A stretch of DNA of 64,000 nucleotides from Anaeromyxobacter sp. (GCA_049840735.1 JASGJN010000017.1:128001-192000), one strand, 5' to 3'; positions 43,976 to 63,818 are shown, counted from the stretch's first letter. The notes: a model not told the origin generated them from the letters alone. Made by a program: numbers and translations.

Positions 43976-45273
43976 CAGACCAGCTCCTGGAGCCGCGCCA
44001 GCGTCTCCGCCCGGTCTGCCCGCTCGTCCGCCGGCTGCCGCAGGAAGGCCTCGATGGCGGGGAGCCGCGCCAGGGCCTGATCGGCCTCGGGATCGGCGCC
44101 GGGCTGGTAGGCCCCCAGCGCCACCAGCTCGCGGACGCGCGCGTGCGCCGCCAGGAGCGCCCTGAGCCGCGCCGCCGCCGCCTGGTGCGCCGGCGCGGCC
44201 ACCGCCGGCATCACCCGCGACAGGCTGGCCAGCGGGTCCACCGCCGGGAAGCGCCCCGCCTCGGCAAGCGCCCGGTCCAGCACCACGTGCCCGTCGAGGA
44301 TGGAGCGGACCTCGTCGGCGATGGGCTCCTCCAAGTCGCCGCCCGCCACCAGCACGGTGTAGACGGCGGTGATGGAGCCGCGCGCACGGGGGCCGGCGCG
44401 CTCCAGCAGCCGGGGCAGCGCGGCGAAGACCGAGGGGGGATAGCCCTGCCGCGCGGGCGGCTCGCCCGCGGCCAGCCCCACCTCGCGCAGCGCCCGCGCG
44501 TAGCGCGTGACCGAGTCGACCAGCAGCAGCACGCGGTGTCCGGCCCCGGCGAACCACTCGGCCACCGCGGTGGCCACGTGGGCGGCCCGCAGCCGGACCA
44601 GCGGCGGCGCGTCGCTGGTGGCGACCACCACCACCGCCCGCGCCAGCCCCTCCGCGCCGAGCGGCCCTTCCAGGAACTCGCGCACCTCGCGGCCGCGCTC
44701 CCCCACCAGGCAGACCACCACCCGGTCGGCGTGCGTGCCGCGCGCGATCTGCCCCAGCAGCACCGACTTGCCCACGCCCGCGCCGGCGAAGAGCCCGAGC
44801 CGCTGCCCCTGCCCCGCCGGCGCCAGCGCGTCCAGCACCCGCACGCCGAGCGCCAGCGGCTCGCGCACCGGCGGCCGCTCCAGGGGCGGCGGCGCGGGCC
44901 GGTCCACCGCCCAGCGCACCAGCCCGGCCGGCAGCGGCCGCCCGTCGGCCGGCGCGCCCAGCCCGTCCAGCACGCGCCCCACCAGCGCCTCGCCCACCCG
45001 GAGCGCAGGGGGCGCCCCGCGCGGCAGCACCTCGGCTTCCGGCCCCACCCCGACCGGCTCGCCCAGCGGCAGGACCACCACCCGGCCGTCCCTGAACCCC
45101 ACCACCTCGCCGGTCAGCGGCGGGCGCCCCGGCGTCCGGACCTCCACCTCGTCGCCGACCCGCACCCCGCCGGCCGCGGTGGCCTCCAGCACCGGCCCCA
45201 AGAGCCGCGTGACGCGGCCGCGGACCGGCAGCGGCTGGGCGCCCGCCACCGCCGCCAGCAGCGCCGCCGTCAC
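43972..45273 (-). CDS. FliI/SctN-family type III export ATPase
   Basis: GQRLGLFAGAGVGKS, LVGERGREV, DSVTRYARA, GEPP..QGYPPSVF, EPIADEVRSILDGH, SLSRVM. Confidence 0.93.
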   Translation of the reverse strand: MTAALLAAVAGAQPLPVRGRVTRLLGPVLEATAAGGVRVGDEVEVRTPGRPPLTGEVVGFRDGRVVVLPLGEPVGVGPEAEVLPRGAPPALRVGEALVGRVLDGLGAPADGRPLPAGLVRWAVDRPAPPPLERPPVREPLALGVRVLDALAPAGQGQRLGLFAGAGVGKSVLLGQIARGTHADRVVVCLVGERGREVREFLEGPLGAEGLARAVVVVATSDAPPLVRLRAAHVATAVAEWFAGAGHRVLLLVDSVTRYARALREVGLAAGEPPARQGYPPSVFAALPRLLERAGPRARGSITAVYTVLVAGGDLEEPIADEVRSILDGHVVLDRALAEAGRFPAVDPLASLSRVMPAVAAPAHQAAAARLRALLAAHARVRELVALGAYQPGADPEADQALARLPAIEAFLRQPADERADRAETLARLQELVW

Positions 45274-45869
45274 CCCTCCACCTCCGCCAGCGCGCGCTCG
45301 AGCAGCTCCAGTTGCGCCTCCACCCGGGCGTCGATGCGCCCGGCGGCCCCCTCCACCACCACCGCCCCGGGTCCCAGGGTCGGGTCCGCCACCGGCGTGA
45401 CCCCGCCGAGCTCGAGCGTGGAGGCGAGCCGCGGCAGGGCCTCACGCAGCGCAGGCAGGTCGCCCGGGCTCACCCGCACCACCACCTCCCCCAGCCCGCG
45501 GGCCTGCGCCAGCGCCCGCTCGGCCAGGGTCACCAGCGCGCCCGGCTCGGCCGCCAGCGCCTCCCCCAGCACCCGCCGCGCCAGCTGCAGCGCCAGCGCG
45601 GCCACCTCCGCGGCCCGCCCCGACTCCAGCCTGCGCCGCGCGGCCGTCACCTCCACCAGCAGCGCCGCGGCGCGCGCCTGGCCGGCGGCCCAGCCCGCGG
45701 CCTCGGCCTCCGCCCGCACCCGCGCCGCGTCGGCGGCGGCCGCGCTCCGCAGGGCCGCAGCCTCCGCATCGGCCGACGCCAGCGCCTCGCGCGCCCGCGC
45801 CGCCGCGACGACGTGCGCCGCCTCCAGCCGGCGCGGCGCCGGCCCCTCGCCTCTCAGGATGGTCGCCAC
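45270..45869 (-). CDS. FliH/SctL-like stator protein; start uncertain
   Basis: AxxxGxxxG repeats, VRVSPGD, DPTLGPG.VVVE...GRIDARVEAQL; its stop overlaps the ATPase start. Confidence 0.8.
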   Translation of the reverse strand: MATILRGEGPAPRRLEAAHVVAAARAREALASADAEAAALRSAAAADAARVRAEAEAAGWAAGQARAAALLVEVTAARRRLESGRAAEVAALALQLARRVLGEALAAEPGALVTLAERALAQARGLGEVVVRVSPGDLPALREALPRLASTLELGGVTPVADPTLGPGAVVVEGAAGRIDARVEAQLELLERALAEVEG

Positions 45870-46035
45870 GCGGTCTGGTACTGCAGCGCGCGGGCCAGGC
45901 GGCCTGCAGGCGCAAGCCGGCGGATCCACGGCGGTGTCGCGGTCGAGGACCAGCGCGAAAGGTCCGCGGCGCGGACCGTGCGGTCGCGGCGCGGACCTCT
46001 CCGCTCGAGGAGATTGGTCCCGGACCCGTCCGCCC

Positions 46036-46715
46036 CCGGTCGCCCTTCGACCCCGGCCCACCGATCAGCGCGGGCCGCCCACCACGGGCCTACGCTCAGG
46101 GGGACCGGGGGCCGTTACGTTGCCCGCCGCCGCCCCCGGTCGCCCTTCGACTCCGGCCCGCCGATCAGCGCGAGCCGCCCACCACGGGCCTACGCTCAGG
46201 GGGACCGGGGGCCTTTGCGTTGCCCGCCGCTGCGCCGGTCGCCCTTCGACTCCGGGCCGCCGATCAGCGCGAGCCGCCCACCACGGGCCTACGCTCGGCC
46301 TACGCCCAGGGGGACCGGGGGCCGTTACGTTGCCCGCCGCCGCGCCGGTCGCCCTTCGACCCCGGCCCGCCGATCAGCGCGAGCCCCCACCACGGGCCTA
46401 CGCTCTGGGGGACCGGGGGCCTTTGCGTTGCCCGCCGCCGCGCCGGTCGCCCTTCGACTCCGGCCCGCCGATCAGCGTGAGCCGCCCACCACGGGCCTAC
46501 GCTCAGGGGGACCGGGGGCCGTTACGTTGCCCGCCGCCGCGCCGGTCGCCCTTCGACCCCGGCCCGCCGATCAGCGCGAGCCGCCCACCACGGGCCTACG
46601 CTAGGCCTACGCTCAGGGGGACCGGGGGCCGTTACGTTGCCCGCCGCTGCGCCGGTCGCCCTTCGACTCCGGCACGCCGGCCAGCGCGAGCCCCCCCACC
46701 ACGGGCCACGCCAGG
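46036..46715. repeat. Tandem array of ~99-bp REP-like palindromic units (6 full plus 1 partial)
   Basis: Units begin CGCCCTTCGA at 46041, 46141, 46240, 46350, 46448, 46547 and 46657; units 3 and 6 carry an 11-bp internal duplication. Confidence 0.95.
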
Positions 46716-46753
46716 ATGGTTGAGCCTGACACCGGGCGGCAGCCTGAAGACAG

Positions 46754-46786
46754 CGAGGCCCGCTTCCACCAGGGAAGCGGGCCTCG
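46754..46786 (-). terminator. Strong hairpin downstream of the sigma factor gene
   Basis: CGAGGCCCGCTTCC-N5-GGAAGCGGGCCTCG perfect 14-bp stem; weak U-tract. Confidence 0.65.
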
Positions 46787-46810
46787 AAGATGCTGCCGAC
46801 CGACCGCGCG

Positions 46811-47536
46811 CTAGGCGGCGTCGCGCTCGACCGGCTGCAGGTAGCGGTGGAGGAACTGCTTCGTCTTCAGCTCCACCTGGCGGACGCGCTCGCGCGACAC
46901 GCCCCAGCGCTTGCCGATCTCCTCCAGCGTGCGCGGCTGGTCCTGCTCGAGCCGGTTGTGGACGATGTCCCAGCCCAGCTCGCCGATCCGCTTGCGCACC
47001 TTGCCGAGCGCGTCGCGGACCTCGTTGTCGCCCTCGCCCTGGAGGAAGGTGTCCTCCGGGCCGGGGCCGTCGTCCTCGATCCGCTCGAGGTGCGTGGCGT
47101 CACCCTCCTCGTCGATGGCGCTGTCGAGCGAGAGGTCAGGCTGGGCCACCGTGCCGCTCTGCGGGCGCACGGTCGAGCGGGCCTCCTTGAGGTACTTCCC
47201 GATGTAGGCGCGAATCCACCAGACGGCGTAGGTGGAGAACCGCGTCCCGGCGTGCGGGTCGAACTTCTCCACCGCGCGCATCAGGCCGACGTTGCCCTCC
47301 TGGATCAGGTCGTCCAGCCGGACGGTGCCGCGACGCTGCTTGCGGGCGATCGCGACGACGAAGGCCAGGTTGTGGCGCACCAGCTTCTGCTTCGCGGAGA
47401 CCTCACCCTTGCGGGCCCGAACGGCCAGCGCGTGCTCGTCCTCGCGGCTGAGGGGCGGAAAATCCCTCACGGCCTTGAGATACGGCGCCAGCTCCTCGAA
47501 CTCCTTGCTGCCCCTCTGCGTGCTCGCGGTCCTCAT
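46811..47536 (-). CDS. Alternative sigma-70 factor (RpoH/group 3-like)
   Basis: DLIQEGNVGLMRAVEKFDP..GTRFSTYAVWWIR, TLEEIG..GVSRERVRQVE; an upstream GTG at 47551 is also possible. Confidence 0.92.
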   Translation of the reverse strand: MRTASTQRGSKEFEELAPYLKAVRDFPPLSREDEHALAVRARKGEVSAKQKLVRHNLAFVVAIARKQRRGTVRLDDLIQEGNVGLMRAVEKFDPHAGTRFSTYAVWWIRAYIGKYLKEARSTVRPQSGTVAQPDLSLDSAIDEEGDATHLERIEDDGPGPEDTFLQGEGDNEVRDALGKVRKRIGELGWDIVHNRLEQDQPRTLEEIGKRWGVSRERVRQVELKTKQFLHRYLQPVERDAA

Positions 47537-47889
47537 CCTTTGCCTCTCCACCTGTCCTGCATCAGGCCGTCACGGTCAGGTTACGTAACGTGAGTTTAGA
47601 ATTGTGGACTTATCGAGTCAAGATGAACCGGTTGGCACCCCGGTGGACCACAAATTCCCGAAGGGTTACAGCGCTCAGCGACTGCCTCATGAGGGTGACG
47701 GCCCCAATATGAACACGCCCTGGCCGTCCGCCCTCCCCCTGCTTTGCTGCGCTGCGTGATTTACGTCAAATCACTGTGGTTGCGCGAGATCAAGCACGAT
47801 CGCGTTTCCCTGGCGGGTGTCCGACCCCTGAACAACCGGCCAGACGTGCAACCAACCGCCCTTCCGGCCTGATTTCCTTCCGCACCGCC

Positions 47890-47930
47890 AAAACGAAAAG
47901 GGCCCGGCCCCAGAAGGGACCGGACCCTTT
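47890..47930 (-). terminator. Rho-independent terminator of rpoC
   Basis: GC hairpin followed by TTTTCGTTTT on the minus strand. Confidence 0.8.
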
Positions 47931-47956
47931 GTGAATCGATGTCTCGGCTTCGAGCG

Positions 47957-52164
<4,208 letters not shown>

Positions 52165-52231
52165 CTATCGAAGACTCGAGGAGGGCCGCGCGCCGCGCCA
52201 GGCGCGACGGCGGCCCCGCCGCCACCCGCTG

Positions 52232-56483
<4,252 letters not shown>

Positions 56484-56669
56484 CGAGCTCGGTCCTCTTT
56501 CCCAACAAGACCCGTGAAGGAACAGGGTCTGGCGCCCGTACAAAAGGGTCTAGCCGACCTGGCGGCCGGCTACTCAGCGTCGCCCGGCCGCTCGGCCGGA
56601 ATGCACGGAATCGATGATGGGATGCGGGTTTGTAACGGCTTCGCCCTCGCCCGTCAAAGAATCCAACGT

Positions 56670-56711
56670 GGGGTAAGGCGGGGCAGCCTGCAAGCCTGCC
56701 CCGCCTCCCCC
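56670..56711 (-). terminator. Hairpin (attenuator-like) between rplL and rpoB
   Basis: GGCGGGGCAG...CTGCCCCGCC stem directly after the rplL stop. Confidence 0.55.
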
Positions 56712-56727
56712 GAACCGCAACAACGAG

Positions 56728-57105
56728 CTACTTGACCTCGACCTTGGCGCCAGCGGCCTCGAGCTTCTTCTTGAGCTCCTCGGCCTCGGCCTTGGCCACG
56801 CCCGCCTTGACCTCCTTGGGCGCGCCCTCGACCAGATCCTTGGCCTCCTTGAGGCCCAGGCCCGTGATCGCGCGGACTTCCTTGATCACGTTGATCTTGT
56901 TGGCGCCGGCGTCGGCGAGGACGACCGTGAACTCGGTCTTCTCCTCGGCGGCGGCGGCGGGGCCGGCAGCAGCGGCCGGGCCGGCGACGGCCACGGCAGC
57001 GGCGGCGGAGACGCCCCACTTGGTCTCGAGCTGCTTCACAAGCTCAGCGGCCTCCATCACGGTCAGGCCCGAGAGCTGGTCAACGATCGCGTTCAGATCA
57101 GCCAT
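56728..57105 (-). CDS. rplL: 50S ribosomal protein L7/L12
   Basis: [30 protein letters not shown]. Confidence 0.97.
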   Translation of the reverse strand: MADLNAIVDQLSGLTVMEAAELVKQLETKWGVSAAAAVAVAGPAAAAGPAAAAEEKTEFTVVLADAGANKINVIKEVRAITGLGLKEAKDLVEGAPKEVKAGVAKAEAEELKKKLEAAGAKVEVK

Positions 57106-57196
57106 TTTCCTTCTTCCTTCTTTCCCGCGGGCCGGCTCCGCCGGCCCAATCGTCAGTGCCCCGGCGCACCCTGCGCCCGGGCGGTTCACGTACCGT

Positions 57197-57721
57197 TTAA
57201 GCCTGCTTCTCGAGCTGCCCGTGGCGCTGACCGAGCACCTGGGCGACCTGCGTGCCCGGGGTGCCGATGATGCGCGCGAGGCGCGTGGCGGGCTGGTTGA
57301 TCATGGCTGCGATGGTGCCGCGCAGCTCCTGGAGACCCGGCATCTTCGCCAGGGCCTGGACGCCCTTGGCGTCGATGACCTTGCCCTCGACCACGGCCGT
57401 GCGGATCACGAAGTTCTCGCGGTCCTTCGCAAACTCCGCGAGGAGCTTCGCCGGGGTGACGACGTCCTCGTAGGACATCACGAGGGCCGTCGGGCCCACG
57501 AACTTCTCCGCCAGCGCCTCCACCGACGTGCCCTTGGCGGCACGCGCGGCGAGGGTGTTCTTCACGATGCGGTAGTCGACCTTCGCGTCACGCAGCTTCT
57601 TGCGGAGATCGGTGACGACCGCGACCGTGAGGCCCTTGGGCTCCGCGAGGATGGCCACCTTCGCCTTCGCCATCTTCTCGTGCAGCTCGCCGATGACCTG
57701 CTCTTTTTCCGTCCGGTTCAA
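57197..57721 (-). CDS. rplJ: 50S ribosomal protein L10
   Basis: [26 protein letters not shown] start; position between rplA and rplL. Confidence 0.95.
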   Translation of the reverse strand: MNRTEKEQVIGELHEKMAKAKVAILAEPKGLTVAVVTDLRKKLRDAKVDYRIVKNTLAARAAKGTSVEALAEKFVGPTALVMSYEDVVTPAKLLAEFAKDRENFVIRTAVVEGKVIDAKGVQALAKMPGLQELRGTIAAMINQPATRLARIIGTPGTQVAQVLGQRHGQLEKQA

Positions 57722-57849
57722 GTTGAATTCACCACCCTTCCGACCGCCGGCACCGAGTTCTGCCGGGCGGCTGAGTTGTTCGGGCTACGGACCGGACGTC
57801 CGGTACGGAACCCCCTGGCCAAGCAGGGGACGCTGCGGTGTCTCGCAGT

Positions 57850-57946
57850 TCCCGTCTCGGCGGGTCGGATCGGCTTCAATCCGCTTGGCCACCCCTCCCC
57901 TACGACCTCTCGCACTCGGGGAGCGGTGGGCCCGCTGTCTTGGACC
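57850..57946 (-). promoter_or_regulatory. L10 leader (ribosomal protein autoregulatory RNA)
   Basis: Minus strand CCAAGACAGCGGG...CCCGCCGAGAC upstream of rplJ resembles the L10 leader core. Confidence 0.6.
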
Positions 57947-57993
57947 AGAAACCCCCGGCGGCCACGTGGCCGCCGGGATCCTTCCAAACTCGC

Positions 57994-58695
57994 TTACGCG
58001 TGGACCGAGGCCAGCTCCGCCAGGTCGAGCTTGATGCCCGGGCCCATGGTGGTGCTGACGGTGACGTTCTTGACGTACACGCCCTTGGCCGTCTGCGGCT
58101 TGGCCTTGTAGATGATCTCCATGATCGCGGTGAAGTTCGCCTTCAGCTTCTCCGGATCGAAGGACGCCTTGCCGAACGGCACGTGCACGATGCCGGCCTT
58201 CTCCACGCGGAACTCGACCTTGCCGGCCTTCTGCTCCTTGATGGCGCGGGCCAGGTCCATGGTGACGGTGCCGACCTTCGGGTTCGGCATCAGGCCGCGG
58301 GGCCCGAGGACCTTGCCGAGGCGGCCGACGACGCCCATCATGTCCGGGGTCGCGATCACCTTGTCGAAGTCCATGAAGCCGCCCTGGATCTTCTCGGCCA
58401 GGTCCTCGGCGCCGACGATGTCCGCGCCGTTCTCCTGGGCCTCGCGGGCCTTGTCGCCCTTGGCGAAGACCGCCAGCTTGATGGCCTTGCCCATCCCGTG
58501 CGGCAGCACCACGGCGCCGCGGACCACCTGGTCGGCGTGCTTCGGGTCCACGCCCAGGTTGATGGCCGCGTCCACCGTCTCGTCGAACTTCTTGGTGGCG
58601 GTCTGCTTCACGAGGCTCATCGCCTCGTCGACCTTGTAGCGCTTGTTGCGATCGACCTTCGCCGCAGCCGCCTTGTACTTCTTCGTGAGAGCCAT
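57994..58695 (-). CDS. rplA: 50S ribosomal protein L1
   Basis: [37 protein letters not shown]. Confidence 0.97.
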   Translation of the reverse strand: MALTKKYKAAAAKVDRNKRYKVDEAMSLVKQTATKKFDETVDAAINLGVDPKHADQVVRGAVVLPHGMGKAIKLAVFAKGDKAREAQENGADIVGAEDLAEKIQGGFMDFDKVIATPDMMGVVGRLGKVLGPRGLMPNPKVGTVTMDLARAIKEQKAGKVEFRVEKAGIVHVPFGKASFDPEKLKANFTAIMEIIYKAKPQTAKGVYVKNVTVSTTMGPGIKLDLAELASVHA

Positions 58696-58716
58696 GTCCG
58701 TGTCCTCCTAGCGGCC

Positions 58717-59163
58717 TTAACCGGTGATCTCGATGCCCATGGACCGGGCGGTGCCCTCGATGGTCCGCATCGCGGCCTCGAGCGTGCCCGCCGTCATGTC
58801 CTGCATCTTGAGCTTCGCGATCTCCTCCACCTTCTTGCGCGACACCTGGCCGACCTTCTCCTTGCCAGGCTTGTGCGCGCCGGAGCCCTTCTTCTTCTCC
58901 GTGTGGAGGCCGGCCGCCTTCTTCAGGAGGATGGCCGCGGGCGGGGTCTTGAGCTGGAAGCTGAAGGAGCGGTCCTGGTACACCGTGATGATGACCGGGA
59001 TGATCAGCGCTTCCTTCGCCTGAGCCTGCGTCGCCGCGTTGAACTGCTTGCAGAACTCCATGATGTTGACGCCGTGCTGGCCGAGCGCCGGGCCCACGGG
59101 CGGGGCCGGGTTCGCCTTGCCGGCGGGGAGCTGCAGCTTGATCTGTCCAGTGACCTTCTTCAT
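58717..59163 (-). CDS. rplK: 50S ribosomal protein L11
   Basis: [36 protein letters not shown]. Confidence 0.97.
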   Translation of the reverse strand: MKKVTGQIKLQLPAGKANPAPPVGPALGQHGVNIMEFCKQFNAATQAQAKEALIIPVIITVYQDRSFSFQLKTPPAAILLKKAAGLHTEKKKGSGAHKPGKEKVGQVSRKKVEEIAKLKMQDMTAGTLEAAMRTIEGTARSMGIEITG

Positions 59164-59275
59164 CTCGACTCCTCCCGGAGACCTCGAGGCGCGCCACGAG
59201 AGGCGGGCCGCGCTGCTCCGGCGTGGTTCATCGGGCCGTTGACGCGGCCCTCCCACGTTCACTGCTGGTGCTGCG

Positions 59276-59815
59276 CTACGTCTTCTCCACCTGCATGAAG
59301 TCCAGCTCGACCGGGGTGGCGCGGCCGAAGATCGACACCAGGACGCGGACCTTGCCCTTGTCCGGCTTGACCTCCTCGACCGTGCCGTTGAAGTTCGAGA
59401 ACGGGCCGTCGGTCACGCGGACCTGGTCGCCCTCCTCGAACTGCACCTTCGGCTTCGGCTTGAGGGAGCCCTCGGAGATCTGGGTGGTGATCCGCTGGAC
59501 CTCGACGTCCGACACGGCCGGGACCTGGTCCGGCGTCTTGGCGTTGCCGACGAACCCGGTGACCTTGGCCGTCCCCTTCACGAGGTGCCAGGTCTCGAGG
59601 TTCATCTCCATGTTGACGAGGATGTAGCCGGGGAAGACCTTCCGCTTGGAGGTCTTCTTCTCGCCCTTGACCATCTCCTGCACGACTTCCATCGGGATGA
59701 GGACTTCCCCGAAGCGGTCCGCCAGCTCCTGCTGCCGGATGCGCTCCTCCAGGGACTTCTTCACCTTGTTCTCGAAGCCCGAGTAGGTGTGCACCGCGTA
59801 CCACTTCTTGGCCAT
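59276..59815 (-). CDS. nusG: Transcription termination/antitermination factor NusG
   Basis: [32 protein letters not shown]. Confidence 0.97.
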   Translation of the reverse strand: MAKKWYAVHTYSGFENKVKKSLEERIRQQELADRFGEVLIPMEVVQEMVKGEKKTSKRKVFPGYILVNMEMNLETWHLVKGTAKVTGFVGNAKTPDQVPAVSDVEVQRITTQISEGSLKPKPKVQFEEGDQVRVTDGPFSNFNGTVEEVKPDKGKVRVLVSIFGRATPVELDFMQVEKT

Positions 59816-59944
59816 GGCCTCTCCGTTAAGCCGCCGCGCGCCTCGACGCTGCGCCTTCCCCTCGGAAACGTCTCGGGAGCCGTCTCGGTGGCAGCGCCAC
59901 CGCGGCTCCCGGAAACCCCCGCCTGTGCGGGGGGCCTTCCCCTG

Positions 59945-60346
59945 CTAGTGGAGCAGGGCGTTGCTCGCAGTGCCCCAGACCCAGTCGAAGACCCCCAGGA
60001 TGATGGCCGCGATGAAGGACGCGACGATCACCGCGATGGTGGCGGCGCGGGTCTCGCGCATGGTGGGCCAGGTGACCCGCCGCAGCTCCAGGGCGATCTC
60101 CATCGAGACGCTCTGGGTCTTGGGGATGCGCCACAGCACCACGGCCGCGATCGCGGCCAGCCCGTAGCCCAGCGCCGTGGACAGGCTGTAGCCGAAGCCC
60201 GGCACGACCACGGGGTCGTTCCAGGAGAGCCCGGCCATCACCTTCCCGATCACCTTCTCGAGGAACACGCCGATGGCGAGCGCCGCGAGAACGTAGAAGA
60301 TCACGACGATGCGCTTGGGCTGTTCGACGCCGGCTGCGTTGTCCAT
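59945..60346 (-). CDS. secE: Preprotein translocase subunit SecE
   Basis: ELRRVTWPT motif, three TM segments, between tRNA-Trp and nusG. Confidence 0.92.
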   Translation of the reverse strand: MDNAAGVEQPKRIVVIFYVLAALAIGVFLEKVIGKVMAGLSWNDPVVVPGFGYSLSTALGYGLAAIAAVVLWRIPKTQSVSMEIALELRRVTWPTMRETRAATIAVIVASFIAAIILGVFDWVWGTASNALLH

Positions 60347-60468
60347 GGAACCGTCCAGGGCCCTTCGGTGGCAAGGCGGGGTCGCCAGTTAGACGACCCC
60401 GCCCCTGTTCTTCCGGCTTGGCTTTCGAAGCCGAGACCCGCTGCGAGCAGCGGTCCCTTCCGGCGTAC

Positions 60469-60545
60469 TGGCAGGCCAGGAGGGATTCGAACCCCCAACC
60501 CGCGGTTTTGGAGACCGCTGCTCTAGCCGTTCGAGCTACTGGCCT
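60469..60545 (-). tRNA. tRNA-Trp (CCA)
   Basis: AGGCCAGTAGCTC...CTCCAAA...GGTTCGAATCC...GGCCTGCCA cloverleaf. Confidence 0.95.
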
Positions 60546-60564
60546 TCAACCCTGCTCACGCCGG

Positions 60565-60723
60565 CTACTTCGTCTCCTTGTGCTCCACGTGCTTGCGGCA
60601 GCGGGGGCAGTACTTGGAGAGCGTGAGCTTGTCCTGCGTCTTCTTCTTGTTCTTCGTGGTCGTGTAGTTCCGCTCTTTGCAGGTCTTGCACTCGAGCGTG
60701 ATGATGCTGCGATTGCCGGCCAT
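60565..60723 (-). CDS. rpmG: 50S ribosomal protein L33 (Zn-binding type); too short for the ORF track
   Basis: [52 protein letters not shown]. Confidence 0.95.
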
Positions 60724-60736
60724 CGGAGTCCCTTCC

Positions 60737-61927
<1,191 letters not shown>

Positions 61928-61988
61928 GGATTCACTCCCTGGTGTTGGCGCAGACAGCCTGCCACTGCTGCGACCGCATTGAAGACTG

Positions 61989-62061
<73 letters not shown>

Positions 62062-62089
62062 AGACCTTTCTCTGCTGCTTCGACCTCAC

Positions 62090-62165
<76 letters not shown>

Positions 62166-62241
62166 AAGCTTTCCCGGACCTCTACGACCGTTTCCAACAG
62201 CGTCGCCCAGCGGGCCGACTTCTTTACCATCTTTGCTGCAG

Positions 62242-62324
62242 TGGAGGGGGGTGGATTCGAACCACCGAAGGCGTAAGCCGGCAGATTTACAGTCTGCTCC
62301 CTTTGGCCGCTCGGGAACCCCTCC
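62242..62324 (-). tRNA. tRNA-Tyr (GTA), CCA not encoded
   Basis: GGAGGGGTTCCCGAGCGGCCAAAGGG...CTGTAAA, long variable arm, GGTTCGAATCC. Confidence 0.95.
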
Positions 62325-62366
62325 AGATGTCTTCCGCTACCCTCTCCTCCGAGCCCCACTCCATGC

Positions 62367-62442
62367 TGGAGCTGGCGGTGGGAATCGAACCCGCGACCTG
62401 CTGCTTACAAGGCAGCTGCTCTACCGACTGAGCTACGCCAGC
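62367..62442 (-). tRNA. tRNA-Thr (TGT)
   Basis: GCTGGCGTAGCTCAG...CTTGTAA...GGTTCGATTCC...GCCAGCTCCA. Confidence 0.95.
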
Positions 62443-62593
62443 CATTTCCCTTCGGATTCGAATGCCATGCGGCCCACCAACCGACCGCCGCCGTCCTCAG
62501 TGGAGGCGCGTCTTTAGTACGTCGTGGAGGGTCGTGTCAAGAAGGAGAATCCGCCCGCCGTTCCAGCCCCGATCCCGGGTGGCTCCCCGAGCC

Positions 62594-63331
62594 CTACATG
62601 CCGCGCTGGCGGGCGACCTCGTACAGGGCGATGGCGGCCGAGGCGGAGACCGACAGGCTGTCCAGCTCGCCGGGCATCGGGATGCGGGCCACCAGGTCGC
62701 ACGACTTCCGCACCAGCGGCCGGATCCCCTCCCCTTCGCTACCCAGGACGAGGGCCGTGGGGCCCCTGAGGTCCAGCTCCGCCAGCGTGCGCTCGCCGTC
62801 TGCCGCCAGCGCGACGGACCAGACGTTGGCCTCCTTGAGCGCCTCGACCGTCTTGGCGACGTTGGTGACCCGCGCCACGGGGCAGCGCTCCACCGCGCCG
62901 GCCGAGGCCTTGGCCGCCGCCGGCGTGATGCCGACGGCCCGGTCCCTGGGGATGACCACCCCGTTCGCGCCCAGCGCGTGCGCCGAGCGGATGATGGCGC
63001 CCAGGTTGTGCGGATCCTCCACGCCGTCGAGCACCACCACCAGCGGCGGCTTCCCGCTGGCCTCGGCGCGCGCCAGCAGCTCCTCCAGCTCCGCGTAGCG
63101 GTAGTCCGCCACCACCGCCACCACGCCCTGGTGCCGGTCGGTGCCGCAGAGCTTCAGCAGCTTGGCGCGGGGCGCGGCGCGGATCTTGGCCTTCCGCTCG
63201 CGGGCCAGCCGCTCCAGCTCGGCGAAGTCCCGCTCGCGGGTGGAGCCCTCGGCGAGCCAGAGCTCGGCCACGCCCTCCCCGCCGGCCCGGAGCAGCTCGC
63301 GCACCGGGTTCATGCCGTAGATGACGCGCAT
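62594..63331 (-). CDS. rlmB: 23S rRNA (Gm2251) 2'-O-methyltransferase, TrmH/SpoU family
   Basis: HQGVVA, LDGVEDPHNLGAIIRSA, KASAGA, GSEGEG, IPM.G..DSLSVS. Confidence 0.9.
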   Translation of the reverse strand: MRVIYGMNPVRELLRAGGEGVAELWLAEGSTRERDFAELERLARERKAKIRAAPRAKLLKLCGTDRHQGVVAVVADYRYAELEELLARAEASGKPPLVVVLDGVEDPHNLGAIIRSAHALGANGVVIPRDRAVGITPAAAKASAGAVERCPVARVTNVAKTVEALKEANVWSVALAADGERTLAELDLRGPTALVLGSEGEGIRPLVRKSCDLVARIPMPGELDSLSVSASAAIALYEVARQRGM

Positions 63332-63334
63332 CCG

Positions 63335-63763
63335 CTACTTCACCTGGACCGCGACGGTCACGTCCTTCACCTGCTTCACGCACCAGGCGTCTGAGCAGAT
63401 GAAGAAGTCCACCCGGGCCCGCAGCTCCTGGGCGCCGGCGCCGGCGCCGGCGGCGGCGAACGGCACCTCGAAGCGCGGCCCCTCGGCGCCCGGGTCCACG
63501 GCGTCCTTGTGGCCCAGCGTGTTCCGCGCCAGGGAGAGGCCCGGGGTGGCCTCGAGCGTGATCTCGAGCGGCGCCTGCGGGTGCACGTGGGTGCCCTTCA
63601 CCGGCACGATGGCCAGCACCAGCTTCCCGGCGGCGCCGGGGGCCAGCGAGCGGGTGGTCCCCTCCGTCTCGAGGCGGTAGCTTGCGGCGGCCTCGGCGCC
63701 CGCATCGACGGCCAGGGCCAGCGGCGGGAGCAGCAGGGCGAGGAGCGTGAGGGCGACGCGCAT
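63335..63763 (-). CDS. Secreted hypothetical protein resembling the DsbD N-terminal Ig-like domain
   Basis: Signal peptide; HV...AP; C-terminal FFICSDAWC (CxxxxC). Confidence 0.55.
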   Translation of the reverse strand: MRVALTLLALLLPPLALAVDAGAEAAASYRLETEGTTRSLAPGAAGKLVLAIVPVKGTHVHPQAPLEITLEATPGLSLARNTLGHKDAVDPGAEGPRFEVPFAAAGAGAGAQELRARVDFFICSDAWCVKQVKDVTVAVQVK

Positions 63764-63818
63764 GCAGGTGACCTCCGGGGCGCCTCTATACCAGGGACGG
63801 CCTGGGGCGGCCACGCAT

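Noticed and set aside
45870..46061. Long N-terminal extension of the FliH-like ORF
   Set aside because: It runs into the repeat array and has non-coding-like composition; the downstream GTG is more plausible.
46036..46715. CRISPR array
   Set aside because: Units are near-identical along their whole length with no unique spacers, and no cas genes are in the window.
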